Source of the DNA: an uncultured virus (IMG/VR IMGVR_UViG_3300025018_000106)
Lineage: Duplodnaviria > Heunggongvirae > Uroviricota > Caudoviricetes
DNA length: 64,000 bases
Virus record (IMG/VR): IMGVR_UViG_3300025018_000106
Reading direction: 5' to 3' (one strand)
Shown here: positions 58,547 to 64,000 of the stretch, piece by piece
Numbering within the stretch: position 1 is the first letter of the stretch
How the letters are laid out: the number at the start of each line of letters is the position of its first letter
The notes under the pieces: model-generated
Database searches by the model: none
Seen by the model: only the letters and a program-made list of their open reading frames with translations
Told to the model about the DNA's origin: nothing
Made by a program: the position numbers and the translations under genes

Positions 58547-58858
58547 ATGGATGACAAAGAGGCAAAGATACGAGATTTTTTACAAGAACTTGCGAAGGCT
58601 TGGCCATACAAACGCATTGTGATACCGAAACATCTTCTGAAAAGATGGGACGAAGAACGCGGCGACGGTATGGTGACGAAAGAAATGGCCTTGACTGTTG
58701 ACAAAGACTTCGATATCTCAGATGATGAACAACTCTGGGAGCTGATGTTGAAACTGAGAGAGTCCACGAAGAATGCAAAACCTCTCCGCTTCAATGATCT
58801 GAAGCTGAGAGAGTCCAACCCACCGAAAACCGGTGTGGAAAAGACGAAACTGATATAG
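58547..58858 (+). CDS. Hypothetical protein
   Basis: 103-aa ORF; GGAGG RBS lies in the terminator 3' arm. Confidence 0.6.
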   Translation: MDDKEAKIRDFLQELAKAWPYKRIVIPKHLLKRWDEERGDGMVTKEMALTVDKDFDISDDEQLWELMLKLRESTKNAKPLRFNDLKLRESNPPKTGVEKTKLI

Positions 58859-58860
58859 AC

Positions 58861-58934
58861 GGGGCACGTCTATGGGTAGCGGGCGATCCTTGCAAGATTG
58901 CTGTCAAAGGGTTCGATTCCCTTGTGTTCCACCA
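58861..58934 (+). tRNA. tRNA-Ala(TGC)
   Basis: G3-U70, CTTGCAA loop, A73 CCA. Confidence 0.9.
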
Positions 58935-58939
58935 ACAAC

Positions 58940-59016
58940 GGTGCTGTAGCTCAGTTGGCCAGAGCGCGCCGCTCATAACGGCGAGGTCGGTGGTTCGATG
59001 CCACCCAGCACCACCA
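58940..59016 (+). tRNA. tRNA-Met(CAT), elongator-type
   Basis: Cloverleaf, CTCATAA loop; Met versus Ile2 uncertain. Confidence 0.85.
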
Positions 59017-59224
59017 AAAAAGTGACAGATAGTGGTTGACACGCAAAGCGAATCGCACTATATGTAACATGTAACGAAAGAGATTGCGGCGTTGGGAGAC
59101 TGGCCCGCCTGAGCAGAAACCCCCTGCGAGAAACTAACCAATACGGTTCTCACAAATAGGGTAAAAAAAGGTCTTGACATTGTGAACGAATCACGATAGA
59201 AAGATCAAGTCTTGAAAGAGACAC

Positions 59225-59236
59225 GCTCTTTGAAAA
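59225..59236 (+). promoter_or_regulatory. rrn-type boxA-like antitermination element
   Basis: GCTCTTTGAAAA shortly downstream of promoter TTGACA at 59174. Confidence 0.55.
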
Positions 59237-59407
59237 TTTAGTCTTTGACTTAGGGGAAACCCGATGATAGTCTGAAAACAGAGACCGAGACGCGAATGTG
59301 CGTAAGGTCAAAGTTAGTATCTGTTTTCACATGTTGACATTCGGTGGACGACCAGGCTGAAAAACCTGGCTGACGAAAACTTTGTGTCAACAGTTGAAAA
59401 CAGATAC

Positions 59408-59494
59408 GGGGGTGCGCCAGAGTTGGAGAGCTGGGGCGGTCTGTAAAACCGTTGCTGAAAAGCTGAGTAGGTTCGAATCCCACCACCCCCACCA
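59408..59494 (+). tRNA. tRNA-Tyr(GTA)
   Basis: CTGTAAA loop, V-arm, A73 CCA. Confidence 0.92.
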
Positions 59495-59633
59495 AATACA
59501 GGATCGTTGTTCCTACCTAGGCGCTAACGGACCAGAGACGAAATCTCACTACGGTCGCCGCCCGCCCAAACAAGTATAGGTTAACAACACACACTGGCGC
59601 GGGACGCTGAGTCCGTAAGACGCGAGAATTCAT

Positions 59634-59708
59634 TCCCCGGAACGCACAAGGCGTGCGGCCTGACTGTTAATCAGTGTGAGGGTGGTTCGATTCCACCTCG
59701 GGGAGCCA
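59634..59708 (+). tRNA. tRNA-Asn(GTT)
   Basis: CTGTTAA loop, G73 CCA. Confidence 0.92.
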
Positions 59709-59750
59709 ATACGAGCGCAGGACGACGAGTCCGTAAGACGCACGAAATAC

Positions 59751-59849
59751 CGGGGCGTTGGAAAGCGGTATACGATGATGCACATGTTGGCAGAAAGGGT
59801 AGCTCCCGGGCGCATGTGTTGTGGGTTCAAGTCCCGCCGACCCCGACCA
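59751..59849 (+). ncRNA. tRNA-Pro-like RNA with expanded anticodon loop
   Basis: C1-G72, A73 CCA, normal T-arm; CACATG/CATGTG stem enclosing 26 nt beginning TTGG. Confidence 0.6.
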
Positions 59850-59853
59850 ATTC

Positions 59854-59929
59854 GCTAGTGACTGTCTAATGGAAAGGCAGGCGGCCGATAACCGTCCACG
59901 AGGATGTTCGATTCATCCCACTAGCACCA
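59854..59929 (+). tRNA. tRNA-Ile(GAT), with C33
   Basis: GGCGG-CCGATAA-CCGTC, A73 CCA. Confidence 0.85.
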
Positions 59930-59931
59930 AG

Positions 59932-60108
59932 TTTGCGGTAGCTTAACAATCGCGCCTCGCGAACGCGATAAAGTGACCATGTATATGGCATGGTAGATGG
60001 GTGACAGTAGAGGAAAGTGGTCGACCTACACCCACTGTCTTTAGAGACGAAGTGTCAGCGCACAGAACTTAGAATTCTGAGACACATCGGACTCACCCCG
60101 CAAAGCCA
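59932..60108 (+). ncRNA. 177-nt cloverleaf RNA with inserted D- and T-loop domains
   Basis: TTTGCGG/CCGCAAA plus G-CCA; GCTT/AAGT; ACCATG/CATGGT; GGTGA/TCACC. Confidence 0.7.
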
Positions 60109-60181
60109 ACACGGTACCCCACGGGGTGGGGCTAAGACGCTCGGGGAGTAGTGCCTACCACATACGCAACAGAGGAGACCC

Positions 60182-60358
60182 ATGATGTTGACACGTTACC
60201 AAAGAGTGATGGTTGGTTTTTGTGAAATCGCAGATGGGCTTCTGGCTGTCTTGACACTCGGAAGCAAGCGAAGAAACTATGCCTTCCACATGACAGCAAA
60301 ATACGAATTGCGCAATCTGAAACGATGCGCCAAAGAGAGAAATGCCCGCGCGACGTAA
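60182..60358 (+). CDS. Small hypothetical protein, 58 aa
   Basis: GAGGAG RBS; 3' end overlaps tRNA-Leu. Confidence 0.55.
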   Translation: MMLTRYQRVMVGFCEIADGLLAVLTLGSKRRNYAFHMTAKYELRNLKRCAKERNARAT

Positions 60359-60421
60359 TTGGCATAGCGTACCACCCTTAGAAGGTGGGTTTTGGGGGTT
60401 CGAGTCCCTCCGCGGGTACCA
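60344..60421 (+). tRNA. tRNA-Leu(TAG) with short variable loop
   Basis: CCACC-CTTAGAA-GGTGG, 5-nt variable region, A73 CCA. Confidence 0.85.
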
Positions 60422-60438
60422 TATTTCAAACGGAGACG

Positions 60439-60588
60439 ATGATGAAAATCACGATCAAACGGGAGGACTTGCCGAAACGGCGTAATCCCGAGTTTCTTGC
60501 CGCTCGAAAGCGCAAGGCGGGCGCTCACGAAAAACCTTACAATGAACGTCGAAACAACAAGGCTGCACTCCGAAAGGAGTGGGCATGA
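60439..60588 (+). CDS. Small basic protein
   Basis: RNP..ARKRKAGAH motif, GGAG RBS. Confidence 0.65.
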   Translation: MMKITIKREDLPKRRNPEFLAARKRKAGAHEKPYNERRNNKAALRKEWA

Positions 60589-60599
60589 ATGGACGGGTA

Positions 60600-60682
60600 G
60601 GACGGGTAGACGAAAAGCGGTGTGGACTGCTAGTGGGCTTTTAATCCACGGTCAAGGGGTTCGACTCCCCACCCGTTCTCCA
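60600..60682 (+). tRNA. Atypical tRNA-Lys(TTT)
   Basis: GTGGG-CTTTTAA-TCCAC; 8/4-type stems; U73 CCA. Confidence 0.7.
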
Positions 60683-60889
60683 ATACTTCAATGATACGTC
60701 AAGCCCAAAGAGACGGAAGGACGTTGTTAGGATACAAGGCTTGAGGGACTGTTGCAACCTTGACGTATCTTTCAAGTATTGAGATTAGGCAGACCTAGGC
60801 GGTAGAGTAGGGTGATCCCTGACACTCCGAAAAATGGGAAACAGGTTCAGGGGCCCGGTGCAAATCCTCCCGCTGCCTATTGAAATCAC

Positions 60890-60964
60890 GCGGCCGTAGC
60901 TCAGGGGTAGAGCGGCAGACTGAAAATCTGCGCGTCGGAGGTTCGATTCCTCCCGGTCGCACCA
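60890..60964 (+). tRNA. tRNA-Phe(GAA)
   Basis: GCAGA-CTGAAAA-TCTGC, CCA. Confidence 0.95.
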
Positions 60965-60970
60965 AAATAT

Positions 60971-61044
60971 TGCCCGGTCGTCTAATGGCAGGATAACAGA
61001 CTTTGAATCTGGAGACGCTGGTTCGACCCCAGCCCGGGCAACCA
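60971..61044 (+). tRNA. tRNA-Gln(TTG)
   Basis: U1-A72, CTTTGAA loop, CCA. Confidence 0.93.
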
Positions 61045-61057
61045 ATAGGAGAGTAAG

Positions 61058-61267
61058 ATGGCAAAGATCAAGAACGAGGACTTTCCGAGAGACGCACAAG
61101 CGATTGTGGATCGGCTTTCGAAGGTCGAAGATTTGAACAAGTCGTCTGCCGCTTACCTAAAGATCATTCCCACCTTCATCGAAGATGGTGACGGTAGGTT
61201 CGCGTTCACTCTTGCGAGTCGCGCAGCTTTCATGCACGAATATTGTGAGTCCCAGAAGTCTAAATAG
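61058..61267 (+). CDS. Hypothetical protein
   Basis: AGGAG RBS. Confidence 0.65.
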   Translation: MAKIKNEDFPRDAQAIVDRLSKVEDLNKSSAAYLKIIPTFIEDGDGRFAFTLASRAAFMHEYCESQKSK

Positions 61268-61291
61268 GGTGTAACAATAAGGAAAACACCC

Positions 61292-61645
61292 ATGACACCG
61301 AGACTGAAAAGGAACCTTACCATGATTGGTCTTGTCGCAGGCACCATTGTATCCGTAGCAGGCGCGTTGGCAGTGTTCGATATCGAACCGCCAAGACCTG
61401 TGTTCAAAAGCCAACTTGTTCAAGTCCAGATGCAAGTCCTAGAGTTGGACAGCATTATCACTTCACAACAGTTGAACGACCAGAGATTGCGGTTGTATCA
61501 GAACGAACGCGAATCGCAACAGTGGTTAACAGAGGAAGGTTTCGTGCCTGACTGGCTTCTAGAGGAGCGCGTCCTGTTGGAGAGTGAGATTGACGCTCTG
61601 AGAAATCGACTTGACGTTATTCGCCAACAGGCGGTTGACAACTAA
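61292..61645 (+). CDS. Membrane-anchored coiled-coil protein
   Basis: N-terminal TM; TAAATA late-like motif upstream. Confidence 0.65.
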   Translation: MTPRLKRNLTMIGLVAGTIVSVAGALAVFDIEPPRPVFKSQLVQVQMQVLELDSIITSQQLNDQRLRLYQNERESQQWLTEEGFVPDWLLEERVLLESEIDALRNRLDVIRQQAVDN

Positions 61646-61746
61646 AACGAATCATGATACAAAGATCATGTAACAAACGAGGTAACACGATGTTTTACTA
61701 TGAGGACGACCAAGCCTTCTAAGCTACTACAGCGAAAGGAGGAAAA

Positions 61747-62265
61747 ATGTCCAGAACGCACCGTAAACCGCGTTGGTATGTTGAACACACCGACGCATCC
61801 TACATAAACCGCGAGTTGGAATACCACACTCGCCGTCCCTATCGTCTTGTCAAGGTTCGTAAGACCGACGAAGAATTCGATAAAGAAATGGCCGCTGCGA
61901 TCCGTGAATACGAAGCAGCAGTCAAAAAGAACGGCGGCAGCACGACCTACGTTGAATGGTCTCGCTGGTGTGAATGCTATGTGACCCGCGAAATTCGTAA
62001 ACCTTGGGTCAGTCGTCACCGTTACGAGCGTGTCCCTTACTCGGTTGACGAATGTATCGAAGATGCGAAGAAAGAACGCGCGAAACTGACCCGCGACGGC
62101 AACATGTCCGAAAGCGGTCGCCGCAAGTATTTCAAGTATCTCGCAAAGAAAGAAGTGCGCTCTGAGTGGCGCAACATGAAACAGAAAATTCTCAAAGGCG
62201 AGGATTACGATGAATATTGCCCACACGACCGTCTTGGTAAAAAGCACGTCTGGTCTGTGTGGTGA
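61747..62265 (+). CDS. Hypothetical basic protein
   Basis: AGGAGG RBS; MSRTHRK start. Confidence 0.75.
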   Translation: MSRTHRKPRWYVEHTDASYINRELEYHTRRPYRLVKVRKTDEEFDKEMAAAIREYEAAVKKNGGSTTYVEWSRWCECYVTREIRKPWVSRHRYERVPYSVDECIEDAKKERAKLTRDGNMSESGRRKYFKYLAKKEVRSEWRNMKQKILKGEDYDEYCPHDRLGKKHVWSVW

Positions 62266-62271
62266 GAATAT

Positions 62272-62347
62272 GCCGCTTGAGTGTTGATGGCTAGCACGCT
62301 TGGTTGTGGACCAGGAAGATCGGGATCGTAACCCGAGGGCGGTACCA
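62272..62347 (+). tRNA. tRNA-His(GTG), alphaproteobacterial type (no G-1, A73)
   Basis: TTGTGGA loop; preceded by T; G1-U72; A73. Confidence 0.9.
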
Positions 62348-62353
62348 AACAAC

Positions 62354-62429
62354 GGACCGGTAGCTGAGAGGCGTAGCGGCGGGCTCTTACCCCGCGTCAA
62401 CGTGGGTTCGAATCCCACCCGGTTCACCA
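62354..62429 (+). tRNA. tRNA-Lys(CTT)
   Basis: GCGGG-CTCTTAC-CCCGC, CCA. Confidence 0.92.
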
Positions 62430-62436
62430 AACACAT

Positions 62437-62510
62437 CTGGGTGTGTTGTAGTGGTAACTTATCCGGCTTGGACCCGGAAGTCGCAGGTTCGATTCCTGCC
62501 ACCCAGACCA
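62437..62510 (+). tRNA. tRNA-Pro(TGG), with A37
   Basis: C1-G72, TCCGG-CTTGGAC-CCGGA, A73 CCA. Confidence 0.9.
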
Positions 62511-62573
62511 AAATAAGCGGCTGACATTCTCTGACGAATCACTTATATAGGTGATGTAACAAGAGAGGTTCAC

Positions 62574-62894
62574 ATGGAACTCACGAAAGAGAACATCGTC
62601 CGCCTGCTTGAGAGTAATGACAAAGCTGTTGGTCGAGCGCTTCTGGTTCTGAAACGAAACCAGACGCTCGATGAACAGACTTCAAAGAATACGAAGCACC
62701 ACAACGGCAAGGGCTTTCGTCCCGCTCATGCGTTCATGGGCACCGAAATGGCGGTGTTTTTCGAGACGAAAGGTTACCTGTCTCCGAAGCAAGTCGCCTA
62801 CTGGCGCAAGCGAGACAAGAACGGTAACATGCGGATTGGTATCTACTGGCGACAGTTGATCGAAGCCGCGAAAGAGAAACAAACGGTAGGGTGA
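62574..62894 (+). CDS. Conserved early phage protein
   Basis: QTLDEQ..T..HNG.GF, LSPKQ, YWRQL; promoter at 62521. Confidence 0.8.
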   Translation: MELTKENIVRLLESNDKAVGRALLVLKRNQTLDEQTSKNTKHHNGKGFRPAHAFMGTEMAVFFETKGYLSPKQVAYWRKRDKNGNMRIGIYWRQLIEAAKEKQTVG

Positions 62895-62968
62895 CGGAAC
62901 GGTAACGTGCCGGATTGCAAATCCGAGGCCGCGAAAGCGAGTGGGTTCAATTCCCACCCCTACCTCCA
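62885..62968 (+). tRNA. tRNA-Cys(GCA) with variable arm
   Basis: TTGCAAA loop, U73 CCA, CGC-GAAA-GCG V-arm. Confidence 0.85.
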
Positions 62969-62976
62969 AAGGTGAT

Positions 62977-63291
62977 ATGATGAATTTGCGATGGTATCTT
63001 TGGTCCAAGTGGGTCTACAAAGTGAACATGGCGAAAAAGCGCGTTCGATTGGTCATGGGCGGCGTCAAAAGGTTCCCTCAAGACTACACGCAGCAAGAAC
63101 TCGCCGCTCTGGTTACACATCATCACGAAAAACATGTTGAAGCAGCAACGAAGCTGATGGAGACAAGAGACAAGCTGATACAGGCGCAAAAAGAGCTGTC
63201 TGTTTACAAACGAGGCAAGAACGACCTTGCAAAAGAAATAATCAAACTCCAGAAGGAGTTAAAAGAAGCCCAGAACATAAGCTGGGATTGA
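62977..63291 (+). CDS. Hypothetical coiled-coil protein
   Basis: AGGTG RBS, open frame between tRNAs. Confidence 0.65.
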   Translation: MMNLRWYLWSKWVYKVNMAKKRVRLVMGGVKRFPQDYTQQELAALVTHHHEKHVEAATKLMETRDKLIQAQKELSVYKRGKNDLAKEIIKLQKELKEAQNISWD

Positions 63292-63296
63292 AATAT

Positions 63297-63371
63297 GACT
63301 CGGGAACTGTCTGGGACAGGGTGCGTCTGCAAAACGTTATCTTACGGGTTCGATTCCCGCCCGGGTCTCCA
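63297..63371 (+). tRNA. tRNA-Cys(GCA), second copy
   Basis: CTGCAAA loop, U73 CCA. Confidence 0.8.
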
Positions 63372-63381
63372 AAATTACTAT

Positions 63382-63460
63382 GCACCCATGGTCTAGTTGG
63401 TCCAGGACGCCGGATTTTCACTCCGGAGGACGCAGGGTTCGAATCCCGCTGGGTGTACCA
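63382..63460 (+). tRNA. tRNA-Glu(TTC), A73
   Basis: CCGGA-TTTTCAC-TCCGG, CCA. Confidence 0.92.
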
Positions 63461-63465
63461 ATCAC

Positions 63466-63539
63466 TGTCCCGTAGCTCAAAGGTAGAGCACTCCCCTGAT
63501 AAGGGAAAGACGCAGGATCGTTACCTGCCGGGACAACCA
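63466..63539 (+). tRNA. tRNA-Ile(GAT), second copy
   Basis: CTGATAA loop, A73 CCA. Confidence 0.88.
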
Positions 63540-63566
63540 ATCAACCTTAGTGAAAAGGACTATATC

Positions 63567-63989
63567 ATGGGAACTCGGTCGCTGACCCACATCAAGGACG
63601 ACAACGACAACACTCTGGTGACCATCTATCGGCAATACGATGGATATCCGACCGGAATGGGCCAAGACTTGAAAGATATTCTGGCACCGAAGCGACTCGG
63701 CAATGGCGTCGGAGGCGGTGCTACGCTTGAGAACTTCGCAAACGGAATGGGTTGTGCCGCAGCAGCCGTGATCGCCGCGTTGAAAGACGATGTAGGCAAC
63801 GTCTACATTCAAACACCAGATGCAACAGACTGTTGGGAAGAATACGTTTACACGATCCGGCCGATGGACGAGACGTTCAGCATCACCGTCTATTCCGTCT
63901 ATGGCGAACGCGTCCTTTACGAAGGTTCGATCATCGACTTCGATCCTGAGGCAGCAGAACGCGACCCAGACGAGGACGACGAAGAATAA
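63567..63989 (+). CDS. Conserved phage hypothetical protein
   Basis: MGTRS, IYRQYDGYP, NGMGC.AA, EEYVY; ORF-track start overlaps tRNAs, so ATG 63567 used. Confidence 0.8.
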   Translation: MGTRSLTHIKDDNDNTLVTIYRQYDGYPTGMGQDLKDILAPKRLGNGVGGGATLENFANGMGCAAAAVIAALKDDVGNVYIQTPDATDCWEEYVYTIRPMDETFSITVYSVYGERVLYEGSIIDFDPEAAERDPDEDDEE

Positions 63990-64000
63990 ATAAGAGACAC

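Noticed and set aside
59270..59745. CRISPR array or hammerhead ribozyme in the tRNA spacers
   Set aside because: Only two repeat copies, separated by a tRNA; no cas genes; no complete CUGANGA/GAAA three-stem core.
60005..60075. RNase P RNA, because of GAGGAAAGT and ACAGAAC
   Set aside because: The P4 pairing (GUCCGGGC with CCCGGCUUA) is absent and the region is too short.
60112..60160. Mini-helix RNA ending in ACCA
   Set aside because: Only a weak 5-bp closing stem and no T-loop, so support is insufficient.
61666..62511. Long antisense ORFs in the track (61666-62511, 35456-36427 and similar)
   Set aside because: They shadow plus-strand genes and tRNAs, and lack an RBS or recognisable motifs.

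Overview
64 kb of a T4-like (Tevenvirinae-like) myovirus genome, almost all on the + strand. In order, it holds: head/tail morphogenesis (gp17-gp23, gp3); recombination and late transcription (uvsY, uvsW, gp55, gp47, gp46); the replisome (gp45/44/62, regA, gp43, uvsX, gp41, gp61); nucleotide metabolism (dCMP deaminase, dUTPase, DHFR, TS, class II RNR); two PG-binding endolysins; three antisense GIY-YIG homing endonucleases; a block of late, probably head-packaged proteins; small early genes; and a cluster of about 18 tRNAs interleaved with structured ncRNAs. The host is probably alphaproteobacterial (tRNA-His without G-1 and with A73, tRNA-Glu A73, GANTC in early promoters). Top candidates for new biology: (1) a stand-alone, D-arm-reduced, non-proteinogenic-looking tRNA-Gly(CCC) with its own promoter, near a DUF4338/GNAT-like gene that has a second paralog next to the polymerase, possibly a tRNA-dependent DNA hypermodification system; (2) a leader-peptide attenuator and an rrn-type boxA in the tRNA cluster; (3) a 177-nt cloverleaf RNA with large D- and T-loop insertions; (4) GANTC (CcrM/GcrA) sites at a near-fixed position in early promoters; (5) an antisense late ncRNA after gp41. 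Several genes are broken by single homopolymer indels or short duplications, which look like sequencing errors. All calls come from motif recognition by eye; no searches were run.
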